Origin: Obrimoposthia wandeli
Taxonomy: Eukaryota
Assembly (NCBI GenBank): GCA_977020255.1
Contig: CDROCS010002422.1
Span: 186,001-250,000, forward strand
Direction of reading: 5' to 3'
Length of the DNA: 64,000 nt
The notes beneath the pieces were generated by a model, which saw only the letters and a list, made by a program, of their open reading frames with translations, ran no database searches and had not been told where the DNA came from. Shown piece by piece: positions 29,554-38,401 of this stretch. Position 1 is the first letter of the stretch. Each line of letters opens with the position of its first letter. A program made the position numbers and the translations under genes.

Positions 29554-29977
29554 GAATAGTAAGGCTGAAATGAAACATAATTACATAGTAGTAACTGTAT
29601 ACACATTTTGTTTTTCACTTTCAACGATAGGTGTCTGGTATTTATCACCTAATATTTTAGGTATATCTATAAAAGATATTACTAGCGTTTTAGTTAGCGC
29701 TTTAATTGGAGCTTTTTTTGTTATCAAGATTAAGTGGTTAGATGAATTTGCAGAGCCTAAATTCACCGCAGGAATTAAATTCGCTGCGTTGTCCACACTA
29801 GTGTTAATTATAGTGAATCAATTACCTCCTTTTGACACTGTTGAGGGAAATTTAGATAGTCACTTATATGGTGCAGCCATGTACGCTTTAATAGCATTTA
29901 TTGTTTCATTAGTTGTAATGCCTGTTTGCGGAATTTCAGGCATGATAATGAAAAAGTTTAACAAGCTAAATAAGTAA
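29552..29977 (+). CDS. Four-TM hypothetical membrane protein, integron-cassette-like
   Basis: 141-aa ORF lying between two attC-like sites; its stop codon falls inside the second site. Confidence 0.7.
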   Translation: MNSKAEMKHNYIVVTVYTFCFSLSTIGVWYLSPNILGISIKDITSVLVSALIGAFFVIKIKWLDEFAEPKFTAGIKFAALSTLVLIIVNQLPPFDTVEGNLDSHLYGAAMYALIAFIVSLVVMPVCGISGMIMKKFNKLNK

Positions 29978-30027
29978 GGCACTGCCCGCTGGAGGCGTTC
30001 TACTCGACCTCTTTTGAGGCGTTATTT
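29956..30027 (+). other. attC-like site (72 bp)
   Basis: R'' GTTTAAC (perfect RYYYAAC), spacer AAGCT, L'' AAATAAGT...; CTCTTTT, spacer GAGGC, R' GTTATTT. Confidence 0.65.
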
Positions 30028-30091
30028 TATGTCCAAGATGTCTGCTTTGTGTCAATTTCAGTATTTTCATTTCTAAGCAGTATTAAATAAT

Positions 30092-30454
30092 ATGTATATA
30101 AAGCTTATATCACTAGTCAGTTTACTCATAGTAATAACATTTTTATCATATAAAGCTAATTCAATAGCTGAGGATTATTTTAAGCATGATTTCGAATTTC
30201 AAAAAAACGTCAGTCAGAAAATGGATGACGTTGTAAATAGTTATAGCGATATAGAAAGAAATAGTGAATACAATGATAAAGTACTTGGTTTTTTTGAAGT
30301 CGTTCTAGCTAGAGATTTGGAACATTTTACTATTTTGAAAATATTAGATTATGTGTATTTGGTTTACATAGTTATGATGCTTCTAATCTTTTCTTTAATC
30401 TGGGAGACAATTAAGGAAGAAAGGAAAAGAAAAGAAAAGAAAAGAAAAGATTAA
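30092..30454 (+). CDS. Two-TM hypothetical membrane protein, cassette-like
   Basis: 120-aa, very AT-rich, starts 65 bp after attC R'; basic C-terminus encoded by (GAAAA)5. Confidence 0.6.
   Translation: MYIKLISLVSLLIVITFLSYKANSIAEDYFKHDFEFQKNVSQKMDDVVNSYSDIERNSEYNDKVLGFFEVVLARDLEHFTILKILDYVYLVYIVMMLLIFSLIWETIKEERKRKEKKRKD
30424..30450. repeat. (GAAAA)5GA microsatellite
   Basis: Read directly; lies in the last codons of ORF 30092-30454. Confidence 0.85.
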
Positions 30455-30574
30455 AATAAAGACAAGAGGTGTAGCAAGTAAGAGGTTTATACAGGGCAGT
30501 CATAGATTAGTTGGTTAGCCATTTTGAGCCCAAAGCCTCGTTGGTGGGGTTTTGGGCGTATATTTGATAAATAT

Positions 30575-31123
30575 AAAAAATCTCGGCCGCAAGCGACCGA
30601 GTTTTTAGAACAGCCCGAGCTGCTTACTATTTAATTCACTTTTGTTCATGACCAATAGTTGGTCTTGAACATATTTTCGTATTACTTCTTCGCTAGCATT
30701 TCCAATTGTTTCCACGAAATAACTTTGAGTCCACAGCTTCCCTCCCCAGAAATACTTCTTTTTTATAGCGGGGTGTAATCGAAAAAACTCCCGAGCCGAA
30801 ATACTTTTAATGACTTGCATCACATGAGATGGTGCTATTTTTGGATCTGTTCGTACTACCATATGAATATGATCAACTGGTATTTCAAGCTCTATAATTT
30901 CTATATCGTAGTCATATCCAATTTTTTGGATAATTGCTTTAAGATCAGCTCTAAATGGCTCAACAAATACTTTATGGCGATACTTTGGAATCCAAACAAA
31001 ATGATACATTAATCTGAAAACATGGTGTGAATTTCGATATAACTCCATAAGCTGAATACCCCACAATGACTTCGTCATTGTACGCTATCCAGCTCGGGGG
31101 CAAGCCCCCGAGATTTACGCTAT
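30575..31123 (-). mobile_element. IS200-type element (tnpA only) with subterminal hairpins
   Basis: Hairpins CTCGGCCGC-AA-GCGACCGAG (30582-30601) and CTCGGGGGC-AA-GCCCCCGAG (31093-31112) bracket tnpA; exact ends not determined. Confidence 0.8.
30605..31078 (-). CDS. tnpA: IS200/IS605 family Y1 HUH transposase
   Basis: YHFVWIPKYR, DHIH (HUH), KSISAR, LWTQSYFV, YVQDQ (catalytic Tyr, YxxxQ); start may be ATG 31048. Confidence 0.95.
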   Translation of the reverse strand: MTKSLWGIQLMELYRNSHHVFRLMYHFVWIPKYRHKVFVEPFRADLKAIIQKIGYDYDIEIIELEIPVDHIHMVVRTDPKIAPSHVMQVIKSISAREFFRLHPAIKKKYFWGGKLWTQSYFVETIGNASEEVIRKYVQDQLLVMNKSELNSKQLGLF

Positions 31124-31216
31124 GCGGTTAAAATGGCCGCATTGTGTCATTTGCAAACACTTATAAGCACGAACAGCGCTTATCCAGTATGACACTTTAA
31201 TACTCGATTACACTTC

Positions 31217-32341
31217 CTAGTTATTGCATTGAGCACACTCATTGATCAGCACGCGATATTGAGTGGCTAGTTTAGCCCAGCTGTAATCGATATCAGGCAG
31301 CTGTTCTTTTTGTAATTCACAGTGCTTAAACTTTAAAATTATCGCGACTGCAGATTTTGCTTCTTGGGATGCTTGTTGGTGTGATTCGTATAAGAAATGC
31401 TCTGCAAATAACTCAGGATATACTAAGCGACTAGGCAATATTGGTATACAACCTTGCGCCACTGCTTCCAATACAGATAATCCCTGAAATTCGTGCTGGG
31501 CAGTTGAGATAAATAGATCACTATCGCGCAGCCAGCTTTGGTATTGCGCGGGTGTATCGGCATAGCCAAATTGATCGATACGATGCTCAAACTGTTGCGC
31601 AAGTTGGGTGAAAGGCTCAGGTACTTGGCGAAATGATTGCCCCATAATACATAGCCTATAATCGATATCTTGAGCTTCTAACAATTGTACTATTGCCAGT
31701 AATCTATCTGGGCCTTTATCATATTCCCAGCGTGCAGCCCAAGTGATGAGTAAAGGTCGATGTTGCAAGCTGACATCAGCGTATTGCGACCAAAGTGTAT
31801 CTACTAATGTCATTTTCGAATTACTTAAAGGCACGGATAAAACGCTGCTTTTTTGCTTGAGTAAAGTAACTACATTTGCGGGTATTTGATCGGGTAGCTT
31901 TTGCAATAAGGCGTCAACACCTTGCATAAATGTTTGGTAATTATAGTGGCTATTAAAGGCTATTTTTTGCGCCGCCAGTGCCGAGTATAAATTTAATATT
32001 TGAGGTTCAACGTTGGCTCGCGCTTTGCCAGTTGCTGGATAGGCGAATTGGTTTTCATGGAAATAGAGCAACGTTGCAGTGTTCGCTAACAATGGCACAA
32101 AGCCCTTTAGAGCCGATAAATCAGTCATGGAGGTGGCTATTACTAAATCATATTCAGCATCTAACAAAGCGGCATCTTTACCAAATGCCCAGCTCATACT
32201 GTTGCCGCGTATACGCCAAGAAAAATAACGCCCGGGTAGCGTCAGCACTGTCCATTGGTGCTCAGGCAGCTGTGCAACTAATCCTTTGCGCCAGTATTGA
32301 TGGCTATCTGCGTCGTAGGCGCTTAGTAGTAATATTTTCAA
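31217..32341 (-). CDS. DUF3524-domain GT4 glycosyltransferase (GTDC1/QTMAN-like)
   Basis: SHQYW, LPGRYFSWRIRG, YFHENQFAYP, FNSHYN, RWEYDKGP, HEFQGLSVLEAV motifs. Confidence 0.82.
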   Translation of the reverse strand: MKILLLSAYDADSHQYWRKGLVAQLPEHQWTVLTLPGRYFSWRIRGNSMSWAFGKDAALLDAEYDLVIATSMTDLSALKGFVPLLANTATLLYFHENQFAYPATGKARANVEPQILNLYSALAAQKIAFNSHYNYQTFMQGVDALLQKLPDQIPANVVTLLKQKSSVLSVPLSNSKMTLVDTLWSQYADVSLQHRPLLITWAARWEYDKGPDRLLAIVQLLEAQDIDYRLCIMGQSFRQVPEPFTQLAQQFEHRIDQFGYADTPAQYQSWLRDSDLFISTAQHEFQGLSVLEAVAQGCIPILPSRLVYPELFAEHFLYESHQQASQEAKSAVAIILKFKHCELQKEQLPDIDYSWAKLATQYRVLINECAQCNN

Positions 32342-32385
32342 TTAGTATCTCTTAAAGTGAATAGCGCTTAATATATAAAAAGTAA

Positions 32386-34923
32386 CTAGCGTTTAGCTTT
32401 TATCGATTTTCCGGCTTTTTCTAATAATGGCTTTTCCGGCCATCTGTGCTTAGGATATTGCCCGCGCATATCTTTTGCTACTGCAAAATAAGAGCTATTC
32501 CAGAAGTTTTCTAAATCACTTGTCGTCTGAATGGGCCTGCGAGCCGGAGATAAGAGTTCAAACCGCAAAGGAACTGTTCCCGCTGCAATACGCGGTGATT
32601 GGATTTCACCAAACATCTCTTGTAAAACCACCGCAACAGTAGGACCTTGAATGCTGTCATATGTAATAGTGATTTTTTTCTGGCTGGGCGTTTTATAATG
32701 TGTCGGCGCTTCACTGTCTAAAAGCTGTTGCTCTTGCCAAGAGAGGATATTCTGTAATATTGGCGCTAGCTTTAGTTGTTTTAGCTGAGCAATGCTCTTA
32801 ACTTTAGTAAGGTAAGGTACTAGCCACTGTTCAATATTATCAACCAACCAAGCTTTAGATAATTGCTTGAAACTAGTTATTTGTGCACCTAACCATTGCG
32901 CTCTACATAGCCAATTTTCACACTCTGTTGTCCAATTTAATAAGTTTAGGCCTGTTTTATTAAGTACTTGTAGTAAACATTGCTGCAGTTTGTCGTCAGG
33001 GATACGCCCTATGATGACTGACTTTAAGCGAATCGCGCCATGTTGAGTTATTGCACGCCCTGTTATTTTTTGCTTTTCTTTATCATAATCAAACAGCTCT
33101 TGTTGGCTGAACTTAGCGCCTAACACACTTTCGATTTCTGCCATATTGATGGCCGCTGCCGTGTAAATGCGCCCTTCTTTTTTTTGTGCGTCACAATCAG
33201 CAACCACCAGCCATTCGCTGTTAAACAGCGCATCGTCTTCATACAAATACACGCCTCTGCCATTAGCGAGCAAGTATCGACCGCTGCCCTTAGCCCTCCT
33301 TTGGGCCAAACGATCGGGAAAGGCTGCTAATAAGAGCTGTGCCAAGCTGGTTTGTAATTGGTTGAGTGTATAATCTGACTTAAGTGTTGATAGAGAGATT
33401 TGTTTAGCTAAACGCTTAGCACTCATTTGAAACGGTTCTATTACGCCACGTTTTATAGGGTACTGTCGATAGGCTGCTTGTGGACTTTTAGCATGTGCTT
33501 GTAATGCCAGTAAACGCTCTGTTAGGTCAACGCTATTAGATCCTTGAAAAATATCTCTATCGGCTAATAACACCGCTAACTGGCAGGCAATTGTTCTATC
33601 TGTGTCCGTTGCTGTTTTACTGATATGAGCAGTAACGCTTAATAACATTGCCGCCAACCTAGGTGGCAATCCAAGCTTTACAGCCTTGCTACCTAGTGCT
33701 GTAATTTTCTGGCTTTCGTTTATTAACCCTAATGCTGAGAGCGTTTTCTGTGCAGTCTCAAAGTGTGCTTTAGGTGGCGCTGTTAACCAATTAACCGTAC
33801 TGAAATCAGTGCTTCCCCACTGTGCTAAATCTAATACTAATGCGCTAAGATCAGTATTGAGCACTGCCTCTTTTTGAAAATCATTAAAACCATGTTGTTG
33901 CTGTTCAGTCCATAAACGAATGCAGCTACCACTTTGTAAACGCCCTGCTCTACCGGTTCTTTGCTCGGCAGAAGCTTTAGAAATATACAGCGTTTCTAAA
34001 CGTGTCATGTCACTGGCGGGATCATAAGTGAGCACTTTTTCTAGCCCACTATCAATAACACAGCTAATACCTTGAATGGTTAAACTCGTTTCAGCAATGT
34101 TAGTGCTGAATATTACTCGCCGTATTCCTTTAATATTCGCCGCTAGCACTAGTGTTTGTTGTTTAAGAGGTAGGGCGCCGTAAAGGGCTAAAAATTGTAT
34201 CTCAGCTTGTTCAGTAAAATGATCTTTTGCTTGTTTTATGCAGCGCTCAATATCCCTTTGCCCTGGCAAAAAAACTAAAATATCACCCAACTGGTTGCTC
34301 ATCACACTAACTAAAGCTTGCACCACTTGCTGGGCTAACGGTGATTTACTCGCTTTAACGTAATCAATAGTAACGGGGTAGTTTCGCCCTGCGCACTTAA
34401 TTATATGTTCTGTATTTAAATACTCGGCCAACATTTTAGTATCGATAGTGGCTGACATCACCAGTAGTTTTAAATCTTCACGCAGTGTTTGCTGAATTTC
34501 TAAGCTCAGTAATAGCGATAAATCGGTGTGCAGGGAGCGCTCGTGAAATTCATCAAATATAATTAGCCCGATATCTGCAATCTCTGGGTCAGATTGTAAA
34601 CGGCGCGTTAATATTCCTTCTGTCACAATTTCTAATTTTGTGGCAGGCGAGATAAGCCGCTCGTTTTTGATTTGATAGCCAACCGTCTGACCTACGGTTT
34701 CAGCTAATTGCTCGGCTAAATAATAAGCGATAGATTTAGCCGCAACACGCCTAGGCTCTAGCATTATGATGCGTTTGTCCTTTAGCCAATGGGCTTGTAA
34801 CAAACTTAGCGGCAACGCGGTAGATTTGCCGGCGCCAGGTTCTGCCTGAAGTACGAGATTATTGCTGGTAGCTAAGCGCTCAGATATCTCTGTTAGAAAT
34901 GAAGTGATAGGTAAAGAGATAAT
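32386..34923 (-). CDS. hrpB: ATP-dependent RNA helicase HrpB (start extended to ATT 34923)
   Basis: DEFHER, SAT, TNIAETSLTI, QRTGRAGR, C-terminal LLSPARRPIQTT and YPKHRWP; Walker A AEPGAGKST is in frame upstream of the track's TTG 34815. Confidence 0.92.
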   Translation of the reverse strand: MISLPITSFLTEISERLATSNNLVLQAEPGAGKSTALPLSLLQAHWLKDKRIIMLEPRRVAAKSIAYYLAEQLAETVGQTVGYQIKNERLISPATKLEIVTEGILTRRLQSDPEIADIGLIIFDEFHERSLHTDLSLLLSLEIQQTLREDLKLLVMSATIDTKMLAEYLNTEHIIKCAGRNYPVTIDYVKASKSPLAQQVVQALVSVMSNQLGDILVFLPGQRDIERCIKQAKDHFTEQAEIQFLALYGALPLKQQTLVLAANIKGIRRVIFSTNIAETSLTIQGISCVIDSGLEKVLTYDPASDMTRLETLYISKASAEQRTGRAGRLQSGSCIRLWTEQQQHGFNDFQKEAVLNTDLSALVLDLAQWGSTDFSTVNWLTAPPKAHFETAQKTLSALGLINESQKITALGSKAVKLGLPPRLAAMLLSVTAHISKTATDTDRTIACQLAVLLADRDIFQGSNSVDLTERLLALQAHAKSPQAAYRQYPIKRGVIEPFQMSAKRLAKQISLSTLKSDYTLNQLQTSLAQLLLAAFPDRLAQRRAKGSGRYLLANGRGVYLYEDDALFNSEWLVVADCDAQKKEGRIYTAAAINMAEIESVLGAKFSQQELFDYDKEKQKITGRAITQHGAIRLKSVIIGRIPDDKLQQCLLQVLNKTGLNLLNWTTECENWLCRAQWLGAQITSFKQLSKAWLVDNIEQWLVPYLTKVKSIAQLKQLKLAPILQNILSWQEQQLLDSEAPTHYKTPSQKKITITYDSIQGPTVAVVLQEMFGEIQSPRIAAGTVPLRFELLSPARRPIQTTSDLENFWNSSYFAVAKDMRGQYPKHRWPEKPLLEKAGKSIKAKR

Positions 34924-35070
34924 AAAAGCCTTTAAGTTAAATATCTATCTGCTGTTTGAAAGCCTGTTAGGGCTGGTCATAAGTGATTGTTTTAAAATAA
35001 GCTCAATAGTTAAATTAGTGGCAAGATGTAAAAGCGGAGCAGTATATTAATGCGTATAGGAAACTAAAAT

Positions 35071-35102
35071 CACTGAGCTAAGCTTAATACGCTAGCTCAG
35101 TG
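35071..35102 (-). terminator. Hairpin downstream of pomB
   Basis: CACTGAGCTA...TAGCTCAGTG. Confidence 0.55.
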
Positions 35103-35124
35103 CTATTTCAGAGAAAACCAAAGT

Positions 35125-36060
35125 TTAAAAAATTTCTTCGCTGCTTAACCCTTGATCACTAGTGTCTGATGCTTCTTTCACTCTAATACGATCAATTTTT
35201 TCATTATCTTTTCCGCGCTCAATAATAATTTCTACTCGCCTATTAATCGCTCGATTAGCCGCGGTATTGTTAGGAACTAAAGGCCTGGTATTGGCGCGTC
35301 CAATAATTTCAAACTTATTTTGTTTGATACGTGAATCAGCGAAAATTTCATTTGCGACTGCCAGCGCCCGCGCTGAAGACAAATCCCAGTTAGAGATAAA
35401 AACCCTGCCATCTGCCGGAATATTATCCGTATGTCCCTCAATACTGAATTTGCCTTTAATCGTCAGTAATAAATCACGAATTTTAGCAATGACCGGAATA
35501 TAATCATCTCGCAAGCGAGCAGACCCTGATACAAATGAGCCTTTCTCTTGTACTCTGATAATGATTTTTTTACCGTCAGTTTCTATCTCTATGCTGCCCT
35601 CATCAATTTCTTTGGACAGCACTGCGGCAAATTGCACAGCATTTTTCTTCGCCTGCTCTTTTTTCACGGTATCTTCGGTGCGTTCAGCTTCGCCTTGCAA
35701 GCTATCTAAGGTGTCTGACTCTCCTTTTTCTGAACGAATATCTAAGGTATTCATATCGTTATTGACGGTCATTTGTCTAACTTCATTTAGCGGTGTAGGC
35801 TCAGGCCTTCCCGGGCTAAACTCTTGGGTAATTATAGAGGTGCCTTTGGGGACATCTTCTACCTTAATTTGGTTCTGTACACCAAACGCTTCACGCATTG
35901 ATCCAGCAAGTTGCTTAAATTTCAAAACATCCATTTCTGAGAATGATAACAATAATACAAAGAAGCACATTAACAGTGCCATTAAATCCCCAAAGGTTGC
36001 CAGCCAAGCCGGCAAACCGGGGACACAGACAGGACAATCCTGTTCTTCTTCATCACTCAT
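35125..36060 (-). CDS. pomB: Flagellar stator subunit B
   Basis: WLATFGDLMALLMCFFVLL TM with conserved Asp; OmpA-like IEGHTDN, NWDLSSARA, NRRVEI. Confidence 0.9.
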   Translation of the reverse strand: MSDEEEQDCPVCVPGLPAWLATFGDLMALLMCFFVLLLSFSEMDVLKFKQLAGSMREAFGVQNQIKVEDVPKGTSIITQEFSPGRPEPTPLNEVRQMTVNNDMNTLDIRSEKGESDTLDSLQGEAERTEDTVKKEQAKKNAVQFAAVLSKEIDEGSIEIETDGKKIIIRVQEKGSFVSGSARLRDDYIPVIAKIRDLLLTIKGKFSIEGHTDNIPADGRVFISNWDLSSARALAVANEIFADSRIKQNKFEIIGRANTRPLVPNNTAANRAINRRVEIIIERGKDNEKIDRIRVKEASDTSDQGLSSEEIF

Positions 36061-36065
36061 GAGTA

Positions 36066-36824
36066 CTAATCCTCATCCTTAGGACGCTTGCCTTCAGGTA
36101 AGTAGTTTCGCAACATCTGCTCAATAACACGTGGGTTTTGCCCAGCTTGAATAGCTAACAAACCGTCGATTACTATAGACTGATTCAACTCTTCCTCATC
36201 TCGTCTAACGGTAAGTTTATCTGCAATAGGTATTGCCACCATCGTCGCTAACATAGAACCGTAAAGAGTTGTTAGCAATGCAATCGCCATCGCCGGACCA
36301 ATCGATTTTGGATCACTCATGTTAGAAAGCATTTGTACCAAACCAACCAGTGTTCCTATCATTCCCATCGCTGGGCCAACATCACCTACTGCGCTAAAAA
36401 GGTTGATGGCGGCACTGTGTCGATCGGTAGTTAAGCTTTTTTCTTTGTTAAGCAGCGCCTTGACCACATCTGGATCGTGCCCATCTACTAGCAACTGAAC
36501 ACCGCGATTCATAAACTCAACGCTGGCCTTTTTATCCTCTAAAGATAACAAGCCCCCTTTACGCGCTGCATCTGCCATGTCGACTGTTTCAGCAATAATG
36601 TCTTCTATTTTAACGGACTTAAACATAAATGCTTTGCCCAACACTTTGCCTATACCTAAAAACTGGCCTAAAGTGAATTTCATCAATACTACAAATATTG
36701 ATCCCCCGAGAACAATCAGCATGGAAGGAGTGTTAACGAATACTCCTACATCACCTCCCGATGCCATGGCCGCTATTACGATACCAAAGCCGCCTAACAG
36801 ACCAACAAGCGTGGCTATATCCAC
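36066..36824 (-). CDS. pomA: Flagellar stator subunit A
   Basis: MDIATLVG, ARKGGLLSLE, GPAMGMIGTLVGLVQML, ALLTTLYG. Confidence 0.92.
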   Translation of the reverse strand: MDIATLVGLLGGFGIVIAAMASGGDVGVFVNTPSMLIVLGGSIFVVLMKFTLGQFLGIGKVLGKAFMFKSVKIEDIIAETVDMADAARKGGLLSLEDKKASVEFMNRGVQLLVDGHDPDVVKALLNKEKSLTTDRHSAAINLFSAVGDVGPAMGMIGTLVGLVQMLSNMSDPKSIGPAMAIALLTTLYGSMLATMVAIPIADKLTVRRDEEELNQSIVIDGLLAIQAGQNPRVIEQMLRNYLPEGKRPKDED

Positions 36825-37138
36825 ATGAAACTCCTATTATCTACAGTCTTTGCTGTATAAATATTTTATTTTTAATTCAAGATAACTTTAGGTAAAATCA
36901 AAGCTTAATCTAGAGTAACTGTTTATCGAGTGTATAAACATAAATAAGCGTTAATTTTTTATAAAGTAGATCGTATAGTTTTCTTGCTATTGTATGCGCA
37001 CACCATACACAACTATATAAAAAGTATAAAAAAAAATGTTAATGTGCAACATTTAGCAAGATCATATTAAATGTTTCTTAACTAGAACAGAGATTGTAAT
37101 ATGCTCATGTTATTCAATTATCTCGCTAAGCTAATGAT

Positions 37139-37165
37139 ATGTCGGCAGATACTGCTATAAATTAA
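37139..37165 (-). promoter_or_regulatory. Possible sigma-28 promoter for pomAB
   Basis: Minus strand TTAA-N15-GCCGACAT versus consensus TAAA-N15-GCCGATAA, about 315 bp upstream of pomA; weak match. Confidence 0.3.
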
Positions 37166-37272
37166 GTAATTGTTAATGTGAGCCTAATAAATATAACCTG
37201 TTCAGCACAGCCTGCATAGTTTAGCATTGGCCTTTTTCTAACACCTTCTATTTGCATCATACGGATAAAATA

Positions 37273-37509
37273 ATGGCCACAGTAAAAAAACCAGCAACAT
37301 TCGAGAAATCACTTACCGATTTGGAAACTTTAGTAAACAAAATGGAAGTGGGCGATTTATCGTTAGATGAATCCCTAAAGGCTTTTGAAAAAGGGGTGAA
37401 ATTAACCCGAGATTGCCAAGGCATGTTAGATGAAGCAGAACAAAAAGTGCAAATTTTAATGGAACAAAATGGCACACTTGTCAGCACCCCTTTCGAACCT
37501 GAGAACTAA
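37273..37509 (+). CDS. xseB: Exodeoxyribonuclease VII small subunit
   Basis: FEKSLTDLETLVNKMEVGDLSLDESLKAFEKGVKLTRDCQ; xseB-ispA-dxs synteny. Confidence 0.95.
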   Translation: MATVKKPATFEKSLTDLETLVNKMEVGDLSLDESLKAFEKGVKLTRDCQGMLDEAEQKVQILMEQNGTLVSTPFEPEN

Positions 37510-37513
37510 AGCA

Positions 37514-38401
37514 GTGCTTATAATCGATAACTTGCAGGGCATACAACAGCGCCTAGAACTACAGCTTACACAGCGCTTAGCACATCATTCTATTGAAGAT
37601 ACGTTACAAAAGGCCATGCGTTACAGTGTATTTAATGGGGGCAAGCGCATACGACCAGCGCTTATCTATATTGTTAATCAGGCATTGGGGGGCAACATAG
37701 CCAATGCCGATGCTGCCGCTTGCGCTATGGAAGCATTGCATAGTTACTCCTTAGTTCACGATGATTTGCCAGCGATGGATGACGATGATTTGCGCCGTGG
37801 CAAGGCAACTTGTCATATACAGTTTGACGAAGCCACTGCAATTCTTGCTGGTGATGCTTTGCAATGCATCGCTTTTCAATGGCTCTCACAACAACAAAAC
37901 GATTTATCTGCTCAGTGCCAGCTTCAAATGATAACTACTTTGAGCAAGGCTAGCGGTGATAGTGGCATGGTTGCCGGGCAAGCTTTTGACTTAGCCAATG
38001 TTGATAAGCCTTTGACTTTAGAGCAACTACAAGCGATGCACTGCCATAAAACAGGTGCGTTAATTAATGCATCTATTGAACTGGGAATAATCAGTGCTAA
38101 TACGCAAGTGAGTAGTGCAATCAAAGAGTCTTTACTGGTATATGGCGACGCCATTGGCTTAGCTTTTCAGGTTCAAGACGATATTTTAGATATTATTGGC
38201 GATACCCAAACGTTAGGTAAGCCTCAAGGATCTGATATTGCGGCCAATAAACCGACTTACCCCTCACTATTGGGGATAGAGGGTGCTCAGAAAAAATTGC
38301 AGGGCCTTTACCAGCAAGCGATTGATGCAACACATTGCTTAGGTGAGCGCGGCAAACCGCTACGCCAATTAGCTAAATATATTGTAGAACGTGACCACTA
38401 A
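37514..38401 (+). CDS. ispA: Farnesyl diphosphate synthase
   Basis: GGKRIRP, HDDLPAMDDDDLRRGK, KTG, FQVQDD; likely GTG start at 37514. Confidence 0.95.
   Translation: MLIIDNLQGIQQRLELQLTQRLAHHSIEDTLQKAMRYSVFNGGKRIRPALIYIVNQALGGNIANADAAACAMEALHSYSLVHDDLPAMDDDDLRRGKATCHIQFDEATAILAGDALQCIAFQWLSQQQNDLSAQCQLQMITTLSKASGDSGMVAGQAFDLANVDKPLTLEQLQAMHCHKTGALINASIELGIISANTQVSSAIKESLLVYGDAIGLAFQVQDDILDIIGDTQTLGKPQGSDIAANKPTYPSLLGIEGAQKKLQGLYQQAIDATHCLGERGKPLRQLAKYIVERDH

Noticed and set aside
30470-30565. Additional attC site after ORF 30092-30454
   Set aside because: A hairpin and a GGGC-GTATATT end are present, but there is no RYYYAAC inverse core at the right spacing.
30605-31078. TnpA as a RAYT, or as part of a TnpB/IscB RNA-guided system
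   Set aside because: The sequence is classical IS200-type (YHFVWIPKYR, LWTQSYFV) with its own end hairpins, and there is no tnpB or iscB ORF on either side.
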